This document shows, piece after piece, positions 1-12,251 of a stretch of DNA of 64,000 bases. How positions within the stretch are numbered: the stretch's first letter is position 1; every line of letters begins with the position of its first letter. The notes beneath the pieces were generated by a model. The model saw only the letters and a program-made list of their open reading frames with translations. It was not told the origin of the DNA and did no database searches. The stretch comes from Rhizodiscina lignyota (lineage: Eukaryota): positions 124,001 through 188,000 of the forward strand of contig ML978143.1 in the NCBI GenBank assembly GCA_010015805.1. Reading direction: 5' to 3'. A program made the position numbers and the translations under genes.

Positions 1-739
1 AGAGCTACGCCGATACCGATGCCTGCCTTTGCGCCGGTTGATAGCCCACTGCTCGAATTCGGAGTTGGAGTATCAGAAGAAGTCGCGGAAGTAGGATTCG
101 AGGTCGACTCAGTATTGATTACAGTGGTAGTCCGTAAGACCCCTTGTGTCTTTGTGAGCTTTGAAGCGGATATCTTCGTTACAGTGATTGCGTCTGGAGC
201 ACCCTGAGCAGTAGAGGTCTGCTTTTCAAGCGTGATTACTGTTGGAACGCCGGCAAGGGTTAATGCTGCAGTTGCAGCTGGTATGTCCAAAATGTTGGCT
301 TTATCCGAACAGCAGGCATAGTATCCACGGCCGTTGTCGCAGCAAAAGTCGGACGCCGCTGAAGCATCACAAGCATACATCAATGCTCCTCCAGAGGCAT
401 GATCTGCAGATCTATCAGCATCTGATTTGAAGGCTATCTCCATACTCACGCACTGCTGGTGCAGAAATTCGGACAGCTAGAAGACTTCCAGCTCTTATCG
501 GTACAGCTACTTCTAATATAACTGATGTTTAGGGCGGGATTCGGATCTGGTGCGACACAGAGGCCATTATCGAGGCAGGCGTAACCTCTGCTGCAGCATT
601 CAACCCCACCTCCAGAATCTTTGCATGGCCAGTCATTAGCGGCCACAGTCCCATCAGGATAGTAGCACGTTGCCCGGCCTTGTACGGCCGCCAGGAACGT
701 TGGTAGTATGCATATGTGAATGAGACACCGGAGATACAT
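1..739 (-). CDS. Secreted Cys-rich, Ser/Thr-rich single-pass membrane protein (Mid2-like cell-surface protein); 3' end runs off the window
   Basis: Signal peptide, then CYYPDG..C..CC..C..NGLC..R.SCTD..W.S..CP.FC. Intron 453-404 (gtgcgt..ctgcag). Exon 2 reads NHASGGALMYACD..FCC..ACC, a T/S-rich stalk, then SSGLSTGAKAGIGIGVAL (start of a TM helix). Confidence 0.8.
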
Positions 740-1316
740 TTTATGATATCAGGATGATGAGAATTACGTGGAAGTGATAAGAAATTGAAGGAGCGGTAGG
801 CAGCTATTATTTTGAAGACGACATGAAATCGTCCACGAGGCTGAGGATGCGATATCCTGCTCCGCCAAGGCAAGGCTGTAGCCACAACACATTGTCACAG
901 CCCAAAGCAGTTAAGGTAGGCAAACGGAAGCCGGACTGAGGAGTCTGAAAGGAACAGTATCAGTCAGTGGTCGGGCAGCCGTGCTTCTGTCTGAAGCTGA
1001 TGCTCTCATGATGCGGTCCGTCGATTCGAAAGTTAAACCATACAATATTTCATGGAGTCCAGAAAATGCAAGCACAGGGTTGGACTTTCGATTGTTATGC
1101 TTCTGTGTTTAGAATGGGGGATGTGCTGGTCGTGGGTAGGATAAGCTACGCGTGGGTTGGAAATGAAGTTCTACGATATGTATCTCTACCCACGTCCACG
1201 CCGAGCTAGGTAGAGCTCCTCAATATGACGATGACTCAGCCATTAGTCATACAGATATTCTTTCTGCATCCTTCTGCACCAGACCAGCAACCATTTCGCC
1301 TCCACTGCTCTAAAAC

Positions 1317-2435
1317 ATGGCAGACCCGATAAACTCAGGAATCCCCGAAGAAGACCTTGACGAATCCTCCGACGAGGACTTCAATCCAGCCGCGCACGCC
1401 GATAACGAGTCTGCATCCAGCTCTGAATCGGATGGTGGAGGCACCGCAGCCGCCAAAGCGACCTCAAAAAAGGCGCCGAAGAAGAGAAAGCGAGCAGAGC
1501 TCGATGCCGCGCTAGACTCTGGCGACGAGGAAACGATCCAAGAGCGACGGAAGAAAAAGCGCAAGGCCAAAGGGAAAGGCAAAGGAGCTGCTGGCAATGG
1601 CGATGAGGACGACTTCGTGTACAGCGAGGACGAGGGGCGCGAAGGTGGTCTGATCAAAACACGAGCGCAGCGAAGGACAGAAGTTAAGGAGCGGAGACCG
1701 CTAGCGGGGATTGAAGGTGCAACAGCGGACGTAGATGCGATATGGGCTCGGCTAAGCGGTGCGCCTATTGGGGGAGCGCCTGGGAGCGTGCTCGGCGGTA
1801 AAGAGGTTGATGCGAAAGGACAGGAGAATAAAGAGAATATCAATGGGTCACTGGGAGAAGAGGAATACATCACGATTAAGCGTACATATGAGTTTGCGGG
1901 CGAGGTCAAGACGGAGGAGCGACGCGTGCCTAAACACTCTGCTGAGGCGAAAGTATATCTCGAGTCGCAAGCAGCAAAAGGGGACAAATCGGCAGACAAT
2001 GTAGTAGAGGGTACAGGAACTGAGGACAAGCTAACTCGGCGCCGCCCGGTCAAACGTCCCTCGCGCTTCGAGCCAAACCCGGAAGGTCTGGTACGAGGGC
2101 TACCCGACAAACTCCAACTCCGCTTTCCACGTACGACCGACGAAGATGGAAACCCTCTTGCCGGAGCAAAAATATCTGTCTTTAACAGGAAATCAGGCGC
2201 TACCGTGCAGGTCAAAGTCAAGCCTGCAGATAAGATAAACACAGTGGACAAATCGCGCATTGACTGGGCTGGTTACGTGGACAAGGCGGGTATTGCAGAC
2301 GAGTTGGATGAATATGGCCGGGCAAAGACAAACTTCATGGAACGGAGCGAGTTCCTTGCACGGAGCGAGGCGAGGAGGGAGGAGCAGGGGCACGCCGCGA
2401 GGATGCACCAATATCAGCAGAAAGCCCAAAGCTAG
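1317..2435 (+). CDS. SWC5: SWR1 complex subunit Swc5 (BCNT-C domain)
   Basis: Intronless 372-aa ORF. Acidic N-terminus (ESSDEDFNP), ITIKRTYEFAGE motif, C-terminal KINTVDKSRIDWAGYVDKAGIADELDEY..F..R.EFL. Confidence 0.93.
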   Translation: MADPINSGIPEEDLDESSDEDFNPAAHADNESASSSESDGGGTAAAKATSKKAPKKRKRAELDAALDSGDEETIQERRKKKRKAKGKGKGAAGNGDEDDFVYSEDEGREGGLIKTRAQRRTEVKERRPLAGIEGATADVDAIWARLSGAPIGGAPGSVLGGKEVDAKGQENKENINGSLGEEEYITIKRTYEFAGEVKTEERRVPKHSAEAKVYLESQAAKGDKSADNVVEGTGTEDKLTRRRPVKRPSRFEPNPEGLVRGLPDKLQLRFPRTTDEDGNPLAGAKISVFNRKSGATVQVKVKPADKINTVDKSRIDWAGYVDKAGIADELDEYGRAKTNFMERSEFLARSEARREEQGHAARMHQYQQKAQS

Positions 2436-3100
2436 GCTACTTGGAGCTGCTGTCCACATTACTTTATATGTCTATGATACCCTTACGTTTAGCATGGCAA
2501 TAAAATGCGCTTTCACGCACAGTTACTTTTCGTAAAACCTTTGGGTTTCGTGCCCGCTCAGAAACGGCCCAGTTATCTGCTGAATCTCTTTACTTGCCAT
2601 GACACGTGCATTTGAACTTGCCTACCAAGTGTACATGTACAAGAGGCATAGCGCCACTGTATGCTCGTAGAGCATTTGAGTATTTATGGGATCTTCTTCA
2701 AGGCCGTGGTAAATACATTTCAACTTGGACTTTGCTCTGTGCTCACTTTCGGCCATCCTGACTCTTGGCTATATTGCATCTATATTATAGATTTGCACCG
2801 CACGCATATCTCTTGTCCGAATAGAAAGCAGCGTTCGATTGATGCACTCACAGTGACCACAAGAGTCCATCCTACAAAGGATTCATCTCATTGCATTATA
2901 TGCAGTACCAAGATACATTTTTCTCCTTACACCGAGAATATTCTATACACGCCTCACACGCACATGCAAAGTCCATATTTCCTCATTAGCAATATTGGGA
3001 CCCTGCCCAGTCCATACCAACGCACGCCCATATACAATTCCAAATGCATTTTTCATTCGTACAGGCACACAGGCTCTCCATTATAAAGCAGGTGTCTGCT

Positions 3101-6100
3101 TTATCGTCCATATTCCAAGCTTCCGGGTCCAGACCCAGTGAAATTCATGTACATCCCCGCCTCCTTCCTCCACTCATCATCGTCATCCATACTCGCTCTA
3201 GCTGCACCCCTACCTTGCTGTCTCGCCCCTCCATACCCATTTCCCTCATAGTCCGCACCCCCAGCCGAGCCCCACACCTCCTTCCCCTCTGCCTCCCTGC
3301 TGGGGAATGGCTTCTTGCTCCAACTCGGGCTCGGTGGGCCCTCCGCATCACCCCGTGAATCAGGTTGCGACTTCGGCCTCAACGGCGGCGGAATCTCATG
3401 CAGATTATACACTGGGTCCTCGCTGCCGTACTGCTCGAGCGGTGTATCGTTCGAGAAGGGGCCTTTCTGGTCGATAGGGCTGTAGTCCAGCGCGGCGCTG
3501 AGCTCGTGGCTGACCTGGCGGCTATGATTATTCCACGTGGACTGCGAGTTGCCTGACGAGTCACCGCCTCCGCCGGGTCGGTCGGCTGTGGGTGTATTGT
3601 CGCTTCTCGCGGCGTCAAAATCCGGCATCTCGGACGCCGCTTCGTCGCCTGAGTAGTGCGTGGGCAATTCCGGGATGGAGTCCTGGTAGCGGTGGGTGGC
3701 GAGCTCAGCGGCGAACTCTTGGCTCATCGTCTGGGAGCGTTGTTGAGAACTCGAGTTGCGCGGACCGAGCTGCATGCTGCTGTGCTGCTGGCTGCTGGTC
3801 ATGCTGACCGCTCTTCTGCCGCTGCCACTTATGCCTGTGCCATTCTTTGAAGATTCCTCTGGGATGCCAGCGATGCCGAAGCCGCCGTCTGGATCGCGGA
3901 TGCCGAATTGTGCGATGGTGCGCAGCTTGCGGGTCACCCAGCCGCCCAGAATCTTTCCTCTTTGCTTCTCGCCGAGCCGTGATCGGGGGAAGTCTCCTCT
4001 TGCGACAAATGCGACAATGTCGACGACAAGGTGATGGTGATTCAGCACTGCATTCACAATGACTGGGACGATCGAGGCGAGGAAGTTCTTTCGAAAGATT
4101 TCGACCAGCACGACGATGAGACCGCCAGCTTGGAATACAGCGCTGAGAGTTGTAGGTGAGCATAGTTCTTAGTTTGGGGACACAGGAAGGCACTTACGAT
4201 CCACCGGGAACAATATTCCGATGACATCTCTCTACACTAGCCTCGATATCCATCGGGAAGTGATTCAACCCATGAACATCGAATGTCTCGCCAATACTCC
4301 CAAGCACAAACAAGATCTGCATCTCTACCTGCGTGCCACCAGGGCCGATCGGCCGACTGACGTTGTGCAAGAAGCCCAAGTCACCAGTGCGCATATACCG
4401 CACGTTTGGATCCGCATCCACCAATCGACCATTGAATCTCTCCTTATCAAACGGCTCTTTAGAACCATAAAAGGAATAGGCATTTGCCTCAGACTGCACC
4501 CAGATCTCACCGTATTCGCCGACGAGACACAGGTGGTTGGTCTCTGGGTTAACGATGCTGATTTGGGTACTCACGGGGACCATACCGGAGTCCTGGACAA
4601 GAAGCGCGGTGGGGTCGGTGTCTGGATCGACGGGAATGACGAGGCCTCGTCGCAGGCCGTTCATATCGAGCCATAGCTCGATCGGCTCGATGCACATGTA
4701 TGAACGGGATGCGACCATAGGGTTAAGCATGTGTGAGTATATGGTGTTGATGGCGGTTCGGTCGAGTCCCGCGGCTGCAAAGTGGAGACGGACCTTGGAG
4801 TCTGTTGGAATTATATGATTAATGTTCCGAAATTCAAATTTGTACAAGAGAAGGTAGACTTACAAACATCAACTCCCGGCCGTCCATCCGTAGATATCAT
4901 CAAGTTCTTCAGCTCGTGCAGCGGACTCGCTTTGCCAGCACCATTTGCCATCGCATGATATAGCATTTGCGCAGTTGCATAGGTGTCCTTGATCTTGTAT
5001 CGTGAAAGTGTCTGGAATAGAATGTTCGGATTCTGCGCAAAATCCACGGGGGAGACAAGGTACGTTGGCGTTGCGAGGAAGATGCCCATCAAGCAGGTGT
5101 GGATAAATCCTAATCCCATGGTGCTCCTAACACATCCAAGGATAGGCCGAGTGCTCGTCATCTGACAGGTCTCTTTCTGGACTTTGCAAAGCGCCATGAT
5201 CGTGTCATGGCCAAGCTGGATTGCCTGTCTTCTTTGGTCGGGCGTCCAATAAACCCATATTAGAACAGGCCATCCAGATGCTACCCAGGCAGGCCGCATT
5301 GTGAGTCCGAGCTCTCTGCATCCATGAGATTGCTTCGGAGGTTTCGAGGTATTGTACGTATTCGGAAGGCTGACTCGTTGAACCAATGCGGACTGCTTCA
5401 GATGCTGCGACACCGCCTTTTGCTTCATCAAGTGATCAACATCGCTATTCACCAAGAGAGCTTTGATCTTAAAATCTTGGATCATGTGCAGCAGTGCTGG
5501 CGCATCCTCGCTCAGTCGATTCGCGTCCAGAGGTGCCATGGGAATAGCAATCGCGCCTACGCACATACATGCATGTACAGCATAGACAAATTCCTCCGAA
5601 TGTGTGTACATGAGCACTAGGTGGTCGCCAGGTTGTACCTTGACTTTGTTCTTCAAGTACATGGCTACAGCCGCCACTTTCTGGTCGAACTTCTTCCAGT
5701 TGACACCCTTGCCTTCTTTGCCTCGTTGGTCGATCGTGCAGTAGCAGAGCTCTTCGGCCTGTCTGTTCACACGCCACTGCAGAAGGTCGTGGATGTTGGA
5801 GAATTGGTTGAGGGGTGTCGATGTCCTGTCATCGATAACAACTTCTCTATAATCAACGCCAGAGTATTGCTTGTCGTTCATGACTAACAGCTGTTGCCTT
5901 GCCTGGGCAGAGACGGGTGACCAGATGCCTCCGATGGGATCATCTCCCATTGGTAGATTCTGAACTGCGTTCTCAACGCCAAATTTGACATGTACGCATG
6001 GCAGTGTACCATTGTCGAACTCCTTTCGGCAGAGCATGTTTCCAATCTCCCTCCGACCGTTCTTCACTACGCGGGGAAGCTGGTTCGGTGCCGTGATCAT

Positions 6101-9100
6101 TACGCAGTAGACACGAAGGTGATGCTCTTGATAGAGCACTTCCATCACACGTTCCGAAAGAGAATCGAGAAGAGGGATATCGAGTTGTCGTGGTGGTCCA
6201 CCAGTTGTAGTGGGAGCGGTTGACGCTGCTTGCGTTTCGAGGAGGATGAATGGGAGATATTCGCCATTGACGTGCGAGTCAAACGCAGAGCAGTCGTAGA
6301 TCTTCGGTACGGCCTTCATGATACTAGTCACAAGGTGTTGCACAAAGAAGTAGCGATGTTCCAACTCGGGGACGCCGCTCTCCACCCATTCAACTCGTTG
6401 CCGTATCCGATCCTCATAGAGGCCAAGCGTGAATATTTTGCCTTCAATGATACATCCTAGTAATCCTGTCCTCAGGAACTCTGGCTCCACAAGGACTGGC
6501 GTCGGATTTCCTTCTACGAACCTGTACGGCCGTGCGTGGAAGATGCTCTCCGTGTGCTTCGGTAGCGCCCAGAAGCCTCCAGATAAGGATGGAGAGTCCA
6601 CCCAAAGTTCACCAACCGTGTAAGGCGCGCATAGCAGGCTAGTCTCTGGGTCAACGAGGCAAAGCGTCGCATCCGGAATTGGATAGCCAAATGCTCCAAT
6701 TCGGAGCGTCCCAGGCTCATTGGCACGCTTGTCCGCTTCTTCACCTGTTGCAAGAATCACCACTTCATTCTGCTTCAGGGCTTCCTTTTCGAGCAGCACG
6801 ACTGAAACATCTTTTCGGCGGCTCTTCGTTTCACTCTTCCGTTTGGGACCGCCGCCGATCAGACTTGTGTATCCGTTCTGTGCTGTGCTATCGTGCTGCT
6901 CTTCTTTCTCTTCCGGCAAGTCTTCTTGCTCGTTCATGAGTGGAAATCCCATGCGCTCCTCACCGCCCAGCCAGTCTCTCATGGAGATGATCATGCCACC
7001 ATGTTCGGGTAATCCTAGTATTGGAGCTACAAGGTCTCGTGCTCGAGGATTCCGCATGGGTTTCAGCCACCGGTCTGCTAGAATTTCATGGAACTCGCAA
7101 TCCACGGTCAGCGTGTCGATCAAGCATATCTTGACAGATGCAAAATTCGGCTCCATGTTCTTCTTAAAGTTTCTCGTCGCCATTGGATCCTGTTGGTAGT
7201 TGTATGCCGCACGCTTGAGACCCGGGTAGTCTGCAACCATAATGGTAGTTTTGTACTTTGATATGACGTGCGCATAAAGACCTGGTGTCTCCACTGTCTT
7301 CGATTCCATCCAAACAGTCGTGTGTCCACCATATACACCCAATAGCACTCCAAGAATAAGACCAACGCCTTCTCTCGGATCGAGGTAGCTCAGAATGGTA
7401 TCGTAAGAGGAACGCTGGAACCCAGTAATAAAGGAGCCGGATTTATCACGCAAGCTCGGGTTGAAAGTGTCGTTCCGGTCGCCAGCAGAGATTGTAGCAA
7501 CGATAGCCTGCAGGCAAGCCATTTGATGCATGATTGTTCGATGACTGAGAACCACGCCTCTCAAGTCTCCGGTGGGTGCGCGTGAAAACTCAATGTATGC
7601 AAGATCTGGCGTGGGCAGTTGTGGATCATGATCCTTCTTTTTAGGGTTATGGCTTCCAAATTCATTCGTCTTCCACCATTCCACACCCGTTGGCCACTTC
7701 AACCGCTGCGCACTGATATCACGATGGAACGCTTTGAGATTGTTGTCGGTCGTTAAAGCCAGATGCGCTTGGGTGGTTGTGAGCAGAAGACTGAGCTTGT
7801 TATAATCGTCGACATTGTTCATGGGCACCGCAACGACACCTGCCAAGAAGCATCCCAGCAATGCGACGGCGAAATCGATGATCTCGGTATCTCGGTATAC
7901 AAGAGCGACTCGATCTCCGCGGTACAGATTGCTCTTGTCCTTGATGACTTGCGCCACTTTCTCCGCTCTGCTATGGAACTTCTCCCATGTGATTGAACCC
8001 GTCTCTTTACCCTTCTGATCCAACACCCAAAACGCCGTTTGTCTTGAATTGCTCTTGCCTCTGTGTCGGAGGACCGCACCGATGGTGTCAAACTTTGACA
8101 TTGGCACATTACCGTTGTGAGGATCGAATACATCGAAAGGAACGTCTCGTGGCTCCAATGGCATCATGCACTCGGCGACGCCAGCGGAGGGGAGATCGCT
8201 TGCGCTTAGCATCGGTGGTGGTATGACCGCAGAAGGAGAAAATAATTGGTCTCCCTGAGAATATCGTGTTGGCCCACCATAACTATCCCGCGGCGCCGGC
8301 TCCTGCATCTGCTGTCCCGCAAAATCGGCAAAGTATCCCTGTTGAGAATCCATCATTGTGCTCAATCTACTCGTCCCGTCTGGAGAGGCCGGCCCTCGCA
8401 TAGTACTTCCACCATATGAAGCCGTCGCGGGATTGAACCTGTAATCGGACTCGCGCATCGTGTCGCCTCGTGACGATTCGTCAGGTGTATGAGGGCGCGG
8501 TGTCGTAAGACTGGGATTCCTCACGCCGAGTTCGCGCTGCTGGAAGCGATCCACCTGACTCTGCGGATATAGTGTTGATGAGTTAGGCGACCACTCGCCA
8601 GACTCTTGTATTATGGAAGGGAGAGGCGACTCTGCTCGCAGTGTGCTGATTGTATTGATTGTATCGCGCTTCGAGTATAGGCTAGAGGAGTAGATGCTGC
8701 TTGTTGGACGCCCTGCTCCACCCAGCGGAGAGGCACCGCGAGAGCCATCTGAAGGTGGTGAAACGGTTCCTTCATCTATTGAGTGTAGGCGCAAGTGGCC
8801 TGGGGCCTGTTCGCTTTGATTTGGCCCCAGATATTGGGATAAGAGGAATGAGCGGCGCTTTTCGTATCTGGACGTATTCGTTAGCAAGACCTTGTTTTCC
8901 TCCTCTGCCAACTTTGTCTGAAAGCACGCAGGACAGGTGATGTATAGGCAAGGAGTTCTCCTACCCTTTCCGAGTGATATCGCCTTCCTGGTAGAACGAA
9001 GCAAGTCAGCCTAGTTTCAAGGACAATGGATACATGAAGTTGGCAAGGGGGATGGCAAATACCTCTAACTCTTGGTCCAGCTCCTGTAGCCTCGCTTGAA

Positions 9101-9122
9101 GCTCAGGATTGTTCTCCGCCAT
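3101..9122 (-). CDS. CPS1: DIP2-family / CPS1 acyl-CoA-ligase-like protein (DMAP-binding domain plus two AMP-binding domains)
   Basis: Exons 9122-9063, 8987-8965, 8867-4864, 4801-4198, 4142-3101, all GT-AG. N-terminus MAENNPELQARLQELDQELEEGDITRKGYEKRR; LAYIEFSRAPTGDLRGV; FLRTGLLG; YMRTGDLGFL; FPRSRLGEKQRGKI. Confidence 0.95.
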
Positions 9123-9478
9123 TGTTTCATAGATTTACTGGGCGCTGTCGCATGCGCGACGACCGAGCCTCCAATGACACGGGCGGAGTGGCACCATATA
9201 CGTCGTGCCCGCTATAGCAAGAGTGAGCGAGAGCGAATGGGCTGCAGTCGACAGCGGAGGGGAGAGGAGCGCGAGAGGATGGGGGGGAGCAAGTCGACGG
9301 CTCACTTGAAAGTGTGGATGGGCTGGTCTCGGGCGCTAGATGCAGATGCAGGTCCTCAGCGAGTCTCTGCGACGCCTCGAATGACGCGGAGCGATGGTGC
9401 AGGGGGAGGGGATTGCATTCAGCCGGTGCTTATAATGTCGAGACGCACTGTTCGGTGGGTTCTTTGTGTGGATATATT

Positions 9479-9513
9479 TGGAACCTGGAACTTGGAACTT
9501 GGAACTTGGAATT
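9479..9513 (+). repeat. Short 7-bp tandem repeat (TGGAACT, about 4-5 copies) upstream of CPS1
   Basis: tggaacctggaacttggaacttggaacttggaatt read directly. Confidence 0.8.
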
Positions 9514-9891
9514 TTCAAAGTCTCATGAGGCGTAGAGGAAGCATCCCCTTCTCCTCATCTGGTCACGACGACAGATGTAGCGGCCACATACTCAGTACCG
9601 TTCTCTGATCTACATTGCCTAAATGGGAGTATACGCAGATCTCTCTTGGCAATATAACTGTGCCCGGAACGACTCCTGGCTTACAAAGTGCTGATCTCGA
9701 TGAAGATATCCGCTCCATTCTCCTTGACTCTCTCCTTATTCCATGTTGCAAACCTCTCTTTGATGTTTAGCTTCGCCTATCAGATACAACTCCACAACGT
9801 CACCGTAACTCGACATTTTCTCGCGTCCGCTTACACTCCTTCAGTTCGCCATCTGCCTTGCAATATGGTCATCAAGGGCGGTTCCATAACT

Positions 9892-11869
9892 CTATGGGTA
9901 CTGCAGAAATCTCCTCCCAAACCAGTGCTGCGTCTCCGGATCCGGCATGTCCCTCTTCACTTGCGAGATGCTCGGCGGATTGTTCATGTAGCTTCCCCCA
10001 CTGCACTTCTGGTACGTGCTCAGCGCCCAGTTGTCACCACAGAACTCGGTACTGTTGCCGTTACAGGGCATATTACAACCTCCTGGCATGCCGGCCTTTG
10101 GCGCTGCGGATGAGGGCAGCAAGTTGCCACAGTAACATTCGGAGCCGCACTCAATTCCAGCATAGGTAGAGCCAGTGCAGAAGTTGAGGTAGTATTCGAC
10201 AGTCATTCCGTTTCCGGTACCGGTGGTATGTGAACCGTTAAGAGTCCGCAGTTCTTGCTATCGGTTGCGCAGCCGATGTAGCTCCAGCCTTTGCTCGTCA
10301 TGTCCGAAAAGCTAGCGTCCACGATCTGCTGATCTGACATGACAGTGGTTGGGATTGTGATGTTATCGCACTTAGCAAGTTGTGCATACCCAAGCACCGT
10401 CTTGGATGGGGTTACTGCCGGGAAGTCTAGACAGGACGCCGCACACGGTTTCATTGACCTGGGACGGTACTCTGTGGGTCATCATCTCGTCCTGCGTGAC
10501 TTTATCGATAGGTAGGCAGCCGCTCGTTTCAATAGATCCACTACTGGTGCATTGGTACGCGGGTGACAAATTAGGTGATCCTGCTTTAACTGAACGGCTG
10601 TAGTAAGAATAAGTTTTACTCTTCAACAGGAGCGAGAGCATCTCTAAAAGCTCTATGAAATATATACCGGAGCGTATTTATCTAAAACACGTAGTATTAG
10701 TATATATAATCTATATTAAATAGCGAGGGTATACATCCTCGCGGTTCGACACATTGCAGCTACGACTCAACTTTTTAATCATCCACTTGATTGGTCAGTA
10801 ACCTGCTGGAGTACATTCACATCCCACCTAAGAATTGTAAGTATACGAAGCCAGGCGGCACTTGAGAACATCTTGCCCATTGAGAAAATCTCCATGGAAG
10901 CCTTAGCCAGTAGGATCGCCATTGCTAAACACGAAAGGCCGGCGGTCGTCATACCACCCGTTGTCAAACAGGTGTGTAGCGTATGGCACCTCAAAGAAAT
11001 TACTGATTATCTAGATCGGATGGCTCGTCGGACAGGGACCATTGTCATGGCTTCCAGAAGCTGGATAGCTCATATGACTTTTGTCCGTCCTGTTAAGTCT
11101 GCCGTCTGTTAAGATGTCAACCAACTGTCTCTGTCACTGGAGGAATTACTTACCCCAGCATGAGGGAAAGAAGAGCTGGGCACGCTGACCATCAGGGCAT
11201 TTGTAGTTAGGCAGGGAGTTAGTCTCAGACCGATTTGACTCGAGACAGTTCAAGTTAACGGCCTGTGCGGCAAAGTCGCTGGTGAAATTCCGCTTTAATG
11301 TGTTGCCCGCAAGCAATGCGGAAGCCTTCCGATATCCTAAGGCGATAAGGCGATAAGATTGTGGATGTTAGGACCGCGCTGCCTGTTAAAACATCAGCAT
11401 ATTCAACGTAATGAAGAATCTTCTATCCGTATCATAGAGTCCTTGCATGTGTGGCACATGCCTTCTCAGAGGTCAGGTTACAGGGAGAGGAATGGGACAA
11501 TACACTTACGGGTAATAGAACCATACCAATATTCAGGTCAGAAGAAGAGTTACCATCCATTAGCACAGACATGAAACTTCCATTCTGGGCGTGGCAGTAG
11601 AGCTTGGGTGTCAAATAGATAGATAAATCTTGCTTTATAAGGCAGGACGAGCAACTGGAGGAACGGATTTCCTGACAAGTCATATTCCCACTCATCTTGA
11701 ACGCATTTCCTCCAACAATCTTACGGACATGACTAGCGACCTGAAGTGGCTGGACGATGGAGTCGGCACGCTCTTCGACGATGTTGCTCGCGCAATTGAA
11801 ACTAACATAGGCATCAGTGTGAGCTATAGATGTAACCAGAAGGATGGTGACGAGAGCAGTGGTTCGCAT
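9892..11869 (-). pseudogene. DUF1996 + WSC domain secreted protein pseudogene
   Basis: Signal peptide and DUF1996 motifs (ERAD.IV.P..VASHV..IVGGNAF, CSSC.IKQDLS.Y.TPKLY, CPDG.RAQLFFPSCWDG, PFVFSNGDPTG*GFHGDF.NGWD). C-terminal WSC (GWSYIGC..MTVEY..FC..YAGIE.GSECYCGN..CNMPCNGNSTEFCG). In-frame stops at 11011-11013 and 10903-10905, frameshifts near 11315 and 11518, and an insertion at 10557-10789. Confidence 0.88.
10557..10789. mobile_element. 233-bp AT-rich non-autonomous insertion (MITE-like or TE remnant) with 6-bp target-site duplication
   Basis: Flanked by ATTGGT at 10551-10556 and 10790-10795. Removing it plus one copy restores the in-frame reading WDVNVLQQVTDQCTSSGSIE. Ends are imperfect inverted repeats (about 14/22) and the interior is TpA-rich. 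Confidence 0.72.
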
Positions 11870-12251
11870 GACTGTTATCTCCTTATTGCACGTTCTCCTT
11901 GATACACTTAATCGACATGACCTTTTTCACACATCAACCAACGTGCCACCATTACCAGTTTCTTCGCTTCATCTTGCTAATTCCTCGTCTTGATATGACT
12001 GCGTACCCCAGATCTGAGACTGCACTGATTCACCTTTAGTTGATAAATGGGGCGGCACAGCAAAAGGAAGAATACATGAGCATTGCCTGGGCGTATGACA
12101 AAAGTGTAAGGCATAGTATACCTCTGCTAATCGGTTAATTCAGGAGAAAGTCACTCGTATATATGTCTAACTTCTCGATTCCACAATTGCCAATACAAAA
12201 ATGTGCAAATCAAATGAGTGCCTAAGTTTGTTCACAACTTCACTCTCTGAC

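Noticed and set aside
1310..2260. 316-aa minus-strand ORF
   Set aside because: Antisense shadow of SWC5; no motifs of its own.
8868..9004. N-terminus of the 1397-aa ORF (MLRSTRKAISLG..)
   Set aside because: Read-through of intron sequence and an out-of-frame micro-exon. The real start is 9122, with two short exons.
3101..9122. CPS1 as an NRPS or secondary-metabolite core gene
   Set aside because: It has only acyl-AMP-ligase-like domains, with no condensation or carrier domains. It is the conserved DIP2-family gene.
9479..9513. Heat-shock element upstream of CPS1
   Set aside because: The GAA units are direct 7-bp repeats, not alternating nGAAn/nTTCn.
10735..10760. GGTTCGA B-box-like motif suggesting a tRNA
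   Set aside because: No cloverleaf or matching A-box seen, and it lies inside the 233-bp insertion.
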